Below are positions 56,231-64,000 of a DNA stretch of 64,000 bases, in pieces. The stretch is from Vitreimonas sp. (GTDB lineage: Bacteria > Patescibacteriota > Microgenomatia > UBA1400 > PJMF01), in contig DASPLQ010000012.1 in assembly GCA_035627515.1 (NCBI GenBank), positions 391,269-455,268 of the forward strand. The letters are read 5' to 3'. Under the pieces are notes generated by a model. That model was not told where the DNA came from and did not search any database. It saw only the letters and a program-made list of their open reading frames with translations. Each line of letters starts with the position of its first letter. Within the stretch, counting starts at the first letter, position 1. A program made the translations under genes and the position numbers.

Positions 56231-59200
56231 GTGATTTCAAGGGAAAAATGGTATAATATGGTCACTGTGTCAAAAGGCCATGAACAAGAACAAGTTAATA
56301 TCAGCGAAATCTCGCAAAGGCAGCGTGATGTAATTGATATTTCTAAGTACTTAGATACAGCTCCTCAATCTCAAGTTAAACCCGTCATGGCAACACTTCG
56401 TGAAGTCATGAAAGGCGATGGGATTTCGTATGCTGAAAAGTTGAGATTAATGGTTCGAGAACTATCTGGAGTGTTAAAAAGAACTGATGCTAAGAAGCGT
56501 GAAGCCTTGCTTAAAATTGAAAATGATATTTTACATGAGCTAGGCACCATTGCTTTTGACATTGATCTTGAGGATGATCAAGATAAACAACTGGTGTTAC
56601 TTCAACAATACGCGGAGTACGTTTACGTGATGGAAGAAGTAATTGTTCCTGCCTTAAAGCAAGAAACAGCTGTTGATAATGCCTTATTGGCTCAGAAAAA
56701 AACCGGTGAGACAGACCTTTTAACAACAGTAGCTGAGAATCCACCAGAGGCTACTGATGACCCTGCGATATGGAATGCAGCTATTACTCAAGTCACCGAA
56801 AGAATTACTAAATTCCATGAGACCTTGCAAAAGGTATTAAATGCCCCCGATAGAAGAGTTGCTTTGGAAGAGCATTCAGATGCCTTGATTGAGTTACAGT
56901 ATGAAGCACAGAACGCCATTAGTTTTATTTTGTTGTCTAATGTCATCCAATCTACTCCAGACAGAGATAAACAAATAAATAATTTAAACAAGGCCTTTGA
57001 GGGGTTAAAACAAAGCTTTGAAAAGTTAAGAAGTGAAAGAGTCACTGCTGAACAAGCAGTTACTGGTCGAGACAAATCAAGTGTGGAAGACTGGGAAAAA
57101 AATCCAGAATTACATCCTGATGCGGCTAAAAATGTAAGACGAGCAATTGTTGCTGCTCAACCTAATCTTGAAAGCTTAGTAACTAAAAAACCTCAGGCAA
57201 AATGGTCCCCCAAACAGTTTGATGAACGAATCGATCTAATTGATCAAGTTGAGGCCCAGCTTCAGAGACCAGCTCAAAGATTGTTGGTTACCATTGAAGC
57301 ATATCAAACGGCTCCAGAGCCCCACCCTGATAAAAAGGCCAGCAACACTGAAAAAGCTAATTTCTTACAATGGCATTATTATGATAATCCCGCCTCTGGA
57401 GAAAAAGGTAAACCCAAATTTGAAGAAATGGGTGTAGGAGTAATTCTTAAGTTTTTGAGTGAAATGCGTCAATACACGTGGGAAATGAAAGCTGAAAAAC
57501 GTTTCCCTGAATTAATGAAAGATATTAGTCGATTTGTAGATCGTGAAAAAGAGCCGAAGCCACCTAAGAATGTGGCTGAAGTAGGTGGTTATTATCTTCA
57601 GTTACAAAAAGATATCACTGACCTGAGACAACTTTTAGATGCAGCTATTACTGTAGTTCAAGAAGACGATAAAATCCAACCTGAAGAAAAAGAGTTCTTA
57701 TTGAAAAACCTTTTTGAAAAATATGATCAAGAGCTTAATCGTCGGATTGAAAAAATTTATGCCTTTTGGACGGGAAAAACCGGCGAAGAGTTTAATATTG
57801 AAATCTTGTATCCTGAACTTACTGAGCTAAGAAAAAACGCTAAAAAATGGAAGAGTGAACATGGTCATGAAAGTAAAAATGCTAAGTTATTGGCTGATCT
57901 GATCCCCCGAGCAAGGCATGCCGTCCTCGCTAATCCCACGTATACTTACCCTGGTGATGACGGTCGTTATGGAGCTTTCTTAGATGAGCGCTATTTTGGG
58001 CCAGCAACCGAAGCGTATAAACATATTCACGAAAATATACACCATCCTCATGGTTATGAAAAATTAATTATCGATTTCTTTGAACAGCAGTCTGGCAAAC
58101 ACCATCATCCTGAACTAATAAACGAAGGCTGGCGTGATGCTGCGCCCGAAGTGTTAGCTGATGCTTTGTGGCAATATATTCGTGTGTTTTTGTTTGATAT
58201 TGTGGCCAGTCGGGCTCAAAACAACTTTTTTCCGGTCAAGATTCATCACTTTGAAGTCCCCTTGCATGACCATGATCATAGTCATATGTCGCAAGTCATT
58301 GGTTCTCTGGGCGCATTAGGATCATATTTTAAGTTGCATGGTGAAGCAGAAAAAGGACAAAAGTTGATTGAGGCTGAAGGTCGGATGTTCTTGGACTGTA
58401 GTCAAATTGAGTTTGTGATGAATTTTGGTCATGATCTCTTTAGCAAATCTAAAGACATGGAAGGCATTAAAAAGTTACTGGGTAGTAATGCCTATGATAA
58501 AGATGATTTAGAGCGGATGTTTATTATTGGGAGAGACTTTGAAACCGGAGTCTACACAGGAACCAGAATAGGTAGAGCTTGGCAAGCAGTTTATGCCATG
58601 AATGAACCAGTTATTCATGAAATTGCGTTAAGATCTGGGGAACTTAAGAACGTAGGAGATCCTACAACTCACTTGCGTTTTGTACGAAATGTTAAAGAAA
58701 AGAATGCATTAGCCTTTTTCCCATGGGAAGATGTTAATAAAAATCCTGAAAAAACTCAGTTAGCATATGTAAAAAGCGTTTTAATTCAAATTATTGCCGG
58801 TTCTGAAGAAGAACCCCCTTGGATGATTAGCAAGAACTATGAAGAAAGAATGAAGTTTTCGCAAAATTATTTGCAATGGCGATTGTTTGGTGACTATGAT
58901 TCCAGTAAACCTCTAAATGAACAAGGCAAAGACATAAGAGGAATTATGGATGGCAGTGTCCCTCGAGGTGGAGATCAGAAAAAGCCACACGAACGAAGTT
59001 TGTGGGCGCGTTTTCTAGCAGCCGGCGGTAAAGTGGGCACAAAAACTACAGATAGAAATATTTCACTAGGAGATGGGGCACCGTCTGAATTTTTAACGGC
59101 TGAAGAAGACACATTAAGAGACAAAGGTTTCTTAGCCCAGAAAGTGGCTACTAACTTCTATTACATTAGTATGGATCATGCTCGAGCTTCTGGGGGTGGC

Positions 59201-60571
59201 ATGGTCAAAGGTGAGAAAGCCGATGAGTATGTTAGAGCTATCAGTGCTGCTCGCGGCATAAATGGGCGTAACTATGAAGCACGCAAAGATTCTAAAGGAT
59301 ATCTAGAAGTTAAAGTTGGTAATAACTGGTATAAAGTCCATGATACTTCTATGGGAACACTTGGAGAAAATATGGGTGATCGGCCTGCCAACGCCGGGAC
59401 CTATCGTTCCAAGCTCAAGAGTGGCACCGGAGCTGATGGTGCAATTGGTCCTTTTATCAGTATTGATTATTTCTACGAAACCCTACCTTCTGCCACCGCT
59501 ACATATGCATCGATGACGGCAGAAAAATCTTACTTTGGTAAAACATTAGCACAAGAGTTATTCTTAGCTAACGATGGCCAATTTGATAAGATTCCGTTCC
59601 AAAATTATATTGCTGGAGAAGATAGAGCGGTCCGTTATAAAGATACTGGCAGTCTAGGTGTAGAAATGTACGAAAAGATTGTCGGTGGACTTGGTATCAA
59701 CTGGGCCTCAATTGCAACCGCAATGAAAGGGGCTGCTACTTCGCCGATCTTTAACTTTAGAGAGTTAGAAAAAGTGCAAAAGCTTTCTCGAAATGTTTAT
59801 TATTTACTCACACGAGATTATGGTGGTGAGCTGCACAAATGGCCTACTAAAGAGCAATATTGGCGCTATCGTATTATTGAACAATATTGGCAAAATAATG
59901 ATCGCGACTTTGCTAAGATTCCTGTCGGAGCAAAAGTCACTTCCGCTCCAGGGGGATTACCAGCCCGTTATAACGGTTTAGTAGTGGAGGTAACAGATGA
60001 AGACCGCAAAACCATCCTCAAAGCCAATCGCCGATATGATAAGACGTATGAGCTATTCGACGCTCGACCCACAAAAGATGAATCAGAGATGTCTCCTGAT
60101 GAAGTAAATGATTTCGATGACAGTGATGGCGGTTATTCTCGATATATTTCTAATGTTCACAACGCCTATCGAATTGCGAAGTTTTTGCCTGATGAAGCAC
60201 CTAAAAATGAATTCGAGAGAACAGTGATACGCAATGAGACAGATGGCTACATGATGCGCAAAAAATTGATTTTAGGACTATTACTTATCAATGACATTTC
60301 AGTTTCATCATTAACAGGTATTAGCTGGGATGACATTGTGGTAATTGTTGAGTTCTTAAGTAATGAATATTGGCAAGCACGGAATGCCAATGAATTTAAT
60401 ACTTTTATTGGAGATCTCTTCGGTAGACCGAAACGAATTTACAACGGTTTGGGACTCTTTTCTCGCGAAGAAGCTTTTGCGCTGTTGCGTAGCGCGGGTG
60501 TTGATACTAGTGTTCTCTCACGCATTACTGCGATGTCAGAACGCTTATCCCGTGTGCCGGGTGTGAAGTAA
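56231..60571 (+). CDS. giant hypothetical protein (1446 aa), with no signal peptide or domain recognised
   Basis: An uninterrupted 4.3-kb ORF, preceded by TGGTATAAT. It has repeated E(Q)YWQ(N/A) motifs and a His-rich stretch, HHPHGYEKLIIDFFEQQSGKHHHPE. Confidence 0.5.
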   Translation: MISREKWYNMVTVSKGHEQEQVNISEISQRQRDVIDISKYLDTAPQSQVKPVMATLREVMKGDGISYAEKLRLMVRELSGVLKRTDAKKREALLKIENDILHELGTIAFDIDLEDDQDKQLVLLQQYAEYVYVMEEVIVPALKQETAVDNALLAQKKTGETDLLTTVAENPPEATDDPAIWNAAITQVTERITKFHETLQKVLNAPDRRVALEEHSDALIELQYEAQNAISFILLSNVIQSTPDRDKQINNLNKAFEGLKQSFEKLRSERVTAEQAVTGRDKSSVEDWEKNPELHPDAAKNVRRAIVAAQPNLESLVTKKPQAKWSPKQFDERIDLIDQVEAQLQRPAQRLLVTIEAYQTAPEPHPDKKASNTEKANFLQWHYYDNPASGEKGKPKFEEMGVGVILKFLSEMRQYTWEMKAEKRFPELMKDISRFVDREKEPKPPKNVAEVGGYYLQLQKDITDLRQLLDAAITVVQEDDKIQPEEKEFLLKNLFEKYDQELNRRIEKIYAFWTGKTGEEFNIEILYPELTELRKNAKKWKSEHGHESKNAKLLADLIPRARHAVLANPTYTYPGDDGRYGAFLDERYFGPATEAYKHIHENIHHPHGYEKLIIDFFEQQSGKHHHPELINEGWRDAAPEVLADALWQYIRVFLFDIVASRAQNNFFPVKIHHFEVPLHDHDHSHMSQVIGSLGALGSYFKLHGEAEKGQKLIEAEGRMFLDCSQIEFVMNFGHDLFSKSKDMEGIKKLLGSNAYDKDDLERMFIIGRDFETGVYTGTRIGRAWQAVYAMNEPVIHEIALRSGELKNVGDPTTHLRFVRNVKEKNALAFFPWEDVNKNPEKTQLAYVKSVLIQIIAGSEEEPPWMISKNYEERMKFSQNYLQWRLFGDYDSSKPLNEQGKDIRGIMDGSVPRGGDQKKPHERSLWARFLAAGGKVGTKTTDRNISLGDGAPSEFLTAEEDTLRDKGFLAQKVATNFYYISMDHARASGGGMVKGEKADEYVRAISAARGINGRNYEARKDSKGYLEVKVGNNWYKVHDTSMGTLGENMGDRPANAGTYRSKLKSGTGADGAIGPFISIDYFYETLPSATATYASMTAEKSYFGKTLAQELFLANDGQFDKIPFQNYIAGEDRAVRYKDTGSLGVEMYEKIVGGLGINWASIATAMKGAATSPIFNFRELEKVQKLSRNVYYLLTRDYGGELHKWPTKEQYWRYRIIEQYWQNNDRDFAKIPVGAKVTSAPGGLPARYNGLVVEVTDEDRKTILKANRRYDKTYELFDARPTKDESEMSPDEVNDFDDSDGGYSRYISNVHNAYRIAKFLPDEAPKNEFERTVIRNETDGYMMRKKLILGLLLINDISVSSLTGISWDDIVVIVEFLSNEYWQARNANEFNTFIGDLFGRPKRIYNGLGLFSREEAFALLRSAGVDTSVLSRITAMSERLSRVPGVK

Positions 60572-60724
60572 CTAGGTTTCTGAAATCCCTGAGAAAAAAA
60601 ACGCTATAAATATCCTCTACCAGGATAGTAAAACTATTGCACAACAATTATTGTGATAGGTGAATAACAATTTGTAATTGCCATTTTAATTTGAGTATAT
60701 AAGGGAAGTACTGCTTGAGTTACC

Positions 60725-62503
60725 TTAAGCATCAGGGAAATTTTTAGGAGTGCTTTCGTCAGATCTTGGAACATGTCCATGGTTATCTGGTGTATCTCCC
60801 ACAGTTTCTTGACCCGGTGTAGTTGGGCCTGTGGAATCTCCGGGCTCAGTACCCACCGCAGTTGTCCCAGGGCGACGACGAGCGCCATTACCCCAATTAC
60901 GAATGTTGTTAAGTGTTTGAGAAGCTGTAGCACCAATGTCACCGGTATCTTTTCCAAATGCATCTGCAAAGGCTGCCCAGTTACGAACAAAGTTTCCAGT
61001 ATTATTGACCACACGAGCTCCTCTTCTAACTATAGGTATAGCTAATGGTAACGCAGCCCCAACTGCAGCACCAGTGCCAGCATAGCTGAAATTACTGCTC
61101 CGAGGCACGGCATCTTCACCTTGTGCTCGTCTTCTACGTTGAGCTAATAGATATCCTGCCCCTGCACCAAGAGCAGCTCCACCCACACCAAGAGCGGCAC
61201 CGCCGACCATGGCGGTAGCAATACCACGTCTATCTGCTACCTTCTTATACGCAGCTCCCATCAACTCTCCAAACACGCCACCATCGCCAGCGCCTAAAGC
61301 CTTCTTCACTTTATCAACTACCTCTGGTAAAGCTAAGACTAAACCTAAACCGATCAAGACTGTGAGGGCGTCACCAGTGCCAGAACCGAACAAGTATGGT
61401 GGTAAGAAGCCAGTGCCTTCAGCGCCAATGGAGTCGCCGGTGCGGGCATCGATTAAGTGGGAGTAAACGATCAAAACCATCAAGACAGCGGGGAAGACAG
61501 CTAAGTTACCAACTAACGATTTGATCCAACCAGTAAAAGTACTGCCTCGACCAGGAATGGCCGTGGTCATGAGTAATAATGGTGACAAGGTAATAGTCAT
61601 GATGATGGTGATATACGTTTTGAGCAGTGAGAAGAAGAGTTTCATCATCGAGAAAATGATGACGACTAAAATGATGATTAAAAGAGTGATTTCTGATAAC
61701 CAACTGACAGCATTGGAAACCACACCACCAAAACCATTGAGGCTACCATCAATAAAGTCGCCAATGGCATCGACACTGGAGAGCGTGCCGTGGGTGAGAA
61801 TATATATGGTCAACTGGACGATGTTTTTATCAATTAAGTTAGTTTCTTGGCCAAAAACGCCGACGAGTAAGAACATGACTACATACATTAAGTCGATCAA
61901 TAAGCCTGCAATAGCATACGAAAAAGTGACAGCAAATAAAGCTAAAATGACGTTAGGGATGGCTTGCTGAGCAGTGACAGCGCTGGAGCCCATTTTTTGA
62001 CGGAACATAATCAAGAAACCGATAGCTAACATCACTAAAATTAAGAACAAATAGGCGAGGTTGCGGAATAATTTCCAGGCTTGAAGCACAGGTGATAGTG
62101 AGGCAAAACCTAAACCTTGGGCATAAGCTTGAGGAACGATATGCGCGGAGTTGAGGACATCAGCGACGTAGGTAGCGGTATCAGCCGGTGGGTTTTCATA
62201 CATGGCGACGACAGCACGGTTAATCCCGCCGATTGCGCCACCGCCATAAGCGACGCCAATTGAGTTACTTTTACACTCAGGACTAGCCATAGTGCCGCCG
62301 AGCAAACAAACCGTGGTACCGAGAAAACTGGTTTCGAGGAGATAACTGCCCGTGTGAGCTAGGTTGGCACGGACTTCGTTGTTGGCAAGGTCATTGCCTT
62401 CGTTGGTTTCTCTAATGATGTCATTAGCAGTGTTAGCATAAGCTGGCACAACCACTAATAACACTAAGACTAAACCGGCGAGCAGCTTTTTGAGCATATG
62501 CAC
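60725..62503 (-). CDS. VirB6/TrbL-like polytopic membrane protein (592 aa) with a signal peptide, at least six TM helices and a Gly/Ala-rich C-terminal tail
   Basis: MHMLKKLLAGLVLVLLVVVPAYA is a signal peptide. An extracytoplasmic domain of about 130 aa is followed by TM clusters (LAYLFLILVMLAIGFLIMF, LALFAVTFSYAIAGLLIDLMYVVMFLLVGVFG, LLIIILVVIIFSMMKLFFSLLKTYITIIMTITLSPLLLMTTAI, LAVFPAVLMVLIVY). The assignment rests on topology only. Confidence 0.45.
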   Translation of the reverse strand: MHMLKKLLAGLVLVLLVVVPAYANTANDIIRETNEGNDLANNEVRANLAHTGSYLLETSFLGTTVCLLGGTMASPECKSNSIGVAYGGGAIGGINRAVVAMYENPPADTATYVADVLNSAHIVPQAYAQGLGFASLSPVLQAWKLFRNLAYLFLILVMLAIGFLIMFRQKMGSSAVTAQQAIPNVILALFAVTFSYAIAGLLIDLMYVVMFLLVGVFGQETNLIDKNIVQLTIYILTHGTLSSVDAIGDFIDGSLNGFGGVVSNAVSWLSEITLLIIILVVIIFSMMKLFFSLLKTYITIIMTITLSPLLLMTTAIPGRGSTFTGWIKSLVGNLAVFPAVLMVLIVYSHLIDARTGDSIGAEGTGFLPPYLFGSGTGDALTVLIGLGLVLALPEVVDKVKKALGAGDGGVFGELMGAAYKKVADRRGIATAMVGGAALGVGGAALGAGAGYLLAQRRRRAQGEDAVPRSSNFSYAGTGAAVGAALPLAIPIVRRGARVVNNTGNFVRNWAAFADAFGKDTGDIGATASQTLNNIRNWGNGARRRPGTTAVGTEPGDSTGPTTPGQETVGDTPDNHGHVPRSDESTPKNFPDA

Positions 62504-62582
62504 CTGTTATTGTACCTGATTCAGGCTCGAGGTCAAAGGAGGAGTTTTTTTATATGTATTACTCAGTTACCACGCTACTTAC

Positions 62583-63626
62583 TTGTTGACTCTTGCGGAA
62601 ACAGCCACCTTTTTGGTATACATTTGGGTAATGATAACCAGTGAACAACAGCAACAATTGAAAGATTTATTAGCCGCCGCTCACCAAGTGACAGTCGTGA
62701 TTGGCGCTGAGCCCACGTACGATCAGGTAGCAACAGGCTTGGCTTTGAGTCAAGCTTTAGTGCAGGCAGGTAAGGAAGTCTTGACTGTGGCGCCCCGAGC
62801 TTTGGGTGAGAGTTTTGAAACCTTGACTGGTTTGGAGTTGGTGCGTCACGAACTCGGTCACCAGAATTTGAGTATTAGTTTTGCCTATCAAGAAACAGCA
62901 GTGGATAAAGTTAGTTACCATATCGATGATCAAAACCAGCGGTTTTATTTGGTAATCAAACCTCAACAGGGAGCTCAACCGTTGGATGCCAATTCAGTTG
63001 AGTTTTCGTATACCGGTGCGGGGGCTGATTTGGTGTTTTTGGTGGGCATTCATGCCTTGGAATCATTGGAACAACTTTATTTTGGCTATGAGGATTTTTA
63101 TCAAACCACGACCGTGGTGACTTTCCATACCTTTGATGCTGCGATTGGTAATATTAAACTGAACGTGGGTGAGAAGAGTAGTTTGAGTGAGGGGATGTGG
63201 GAGTTGTTGCAGGGAGTGGAGTTGCCTATCGATGGTAACATGGCCACTAATTTATTGGCGGGGATTGAAGAGGCAACTGATGGTTTTAGGTCATTGGCGG
63301 TGACTGCTGAGACATTTGAGAGTGTGTCACAGTTGATGAGAATGGGGGCGCGCCGCGTGCGGCGCGCACAAAAAGAAGCCAGTCCTGTGTATGGCAATGG
63401 GATGAGTAAAGGAGCATCAGCAGTCAGTCCTAAATTCATTCAAGCCTTTAGCAAAAAAGCTCAGTCCGCTCCAGCGGATGCAGAAAACAGTGACTTGCCC
63501 ACTGCGGCTGATGGTCTCGAGGGGGAAGTCTCGGTGAGTAAGCCTCCTAAGCGAGGCAAAAAAACTCCTCAGCCTGGTGATTTAGATTACCAACCAGGTG
63601 TTTTTGGACCTGGTGGGAGCGGTTAG
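62583..63626 (+). CDS. hypothetical protein with a degenerate DHH-phosphoesterase-like N-terminal region
   Basis: VTVVIGAEPTYDQVATGLALSQALVQAGKEV parallels the NrnA-type ITIxxHxNPDGDAxGSxLAL motif, but the catalytic Asp/His residues are replaced. GADLVFLVGIHAL sits at the DHH position. Low confidence. Confidence 0.35.
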   Translation: MLTLAETATFLVYIWVMITSEQQQQLKDLLAAAHQVTVVIGAEPTYDQVATGLALSQALVQAGKEVLTVAPRALGESFETLTGLELVRHELGHQNLSISFAYQETAVDKVSYHIDDQNQRFYLVIKPQQGAQPLDANSVEFSYTGAGADLVFLVGIHALESLEQLYFGYEDFYQTTTVVTFHTFDAAIGNIKLNVGEKSSLSEGMWELLQGVELPIDGNMATNLLAGIEEATDGFRSLAVTAETFESVSQLMRMGARRVRRAQKEASPVYGNGMSKGASAVSPKFIQAFSKKAQSAPADAENSDLPTAADGLEGEVSVSKPPKRGKKTPQPGDLDYQPGVFGPGGSG

Positions 63627-63685
63627 TTTTAAATTCTTTTTTATATAGTAATTGTCTCAGTCTCCCAAAGTGTATTTTCTGTGCG

Positions 63686-63717
63686 TTGTGCGGTTTTTGT
63701 TAATATTGGCACAATCG
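63686..63717. repeat. motif M, copy 3 (reverse orientation)
   Basis: TTGTGCGGTTTTTGTTAATATTGGCACAATCG. Its reverse complement matches 25581-25611 at 27/28 positions. Confidence 0.6.
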
Positions 63718-64000
63718 AGAGAGAGGTGCTTCACTGTGGTTGGTGGTATGTGTACAAAAGCTAGCCTGGATGATGTGCAAAATGTACGTTTTGACTGCAA
63801 TGACTTCTGTCCAGGGGAACTTCTGCAGTGATGGTGATTAAGAGTGCTTATCGTCACCTTATAAGAAGGATAATTCTGAAGCGTTAAAGCGACGTCTTCA
63901 TTTTAGCTCCCACCTCACCGTCGGTACCTTTCCTTCAAACACTCATTTTTACAGTGACATAAATAGTGCATGATCGTGGCACAAATATGCCACTCGATTT

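Noticed and set aside
59860-60385. Extra occurrences of aatattggcaa inside the 1446-aa gene
   Set aside because: They arise from repeated E(Q)YWQ peptide motifs (codons gaa tat tgg caa). They are in-frame and not intergenic, so they are coincidental with the GCCAATATT motif family.
63657-63857. 66-aa minus-strand ORF
   Set aside because: It spans motif M3 and lacks coding features. It is more likely non-coding regulatory sequence.

Overview
The window carries a chromosomal replication origin with the conserved gene order rpmH-rnpA-yidD-yidC-jag on one side and dnaA-dnaN on the other (all minus strand). A cluster of DnaA-box-like 9-mers and an AT-rich stretch lie between dnaN and dnaA. Around this sit housekeeping genes: radA, a LysM protein, rpsA, pgk, a class II aldolase-like gene, an HxlR regulator, valS, rplY, rnhA, an SPFH protein, a VanW protein and an orphan solute-binding protein. 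There is also an unlinked 23S-5S rRNA unit with tRNA-Ala(UGC) and no adjacent 16S. Many proteins carry Pro/Ala/Thr-rich low-complexity tails, intergenic spacers are short, and Shine-Dalgarno sites are scarce. This suggests a small-genome Gram-positive-like or CPR/Patescibacteria-type (possibly Saccharibacteria-like) bacterium, but that is inference only.

The most interesting part is the roughly 23 kb directly downstream of dnaA on the minus strand. It holds a Gram-positive-type type IV secretion (T4SS)-like gene set:
- a VirB4-family ATPase with Walker A and a DEAW Walker B, whose N-terminal domain appears to be split off into a separate ORF carrying a long Pro-rich tail;
- a VirB3/PrgI-like two-TM protein;
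- a bitopic membrane protein;
- an 1142-aa membrane protein with a polyglycine transmembrane region and a C-terminal M23 peptidase, likely a cell-wall hydrolase;
- a VirB6/TrbL-like polytopic protein;
- two giant domain-less ORFs of 1102 and 1446 aa with a small acidic partner.
No relaxase, coupling protein or integrase is visible.

The two virB4 pieces are separated by a 560-bp insert. It carries a divergently transcribed small HTH ORF resembling sigma-70 region 4, and two members of a conserved intergenic motif family. That family consists of a TGTGCCAATATTAACAA-type element and a palindromic TTGTATGA-N13-TCATACAA element sharing a GCCAATATT core. Members also occur at about 25.5 kb and 63.7 kb. 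A structured leader with an intrinsic terminator precedes one of the cluster genes.

No CRISPR array, transposase or integrase was recognised.
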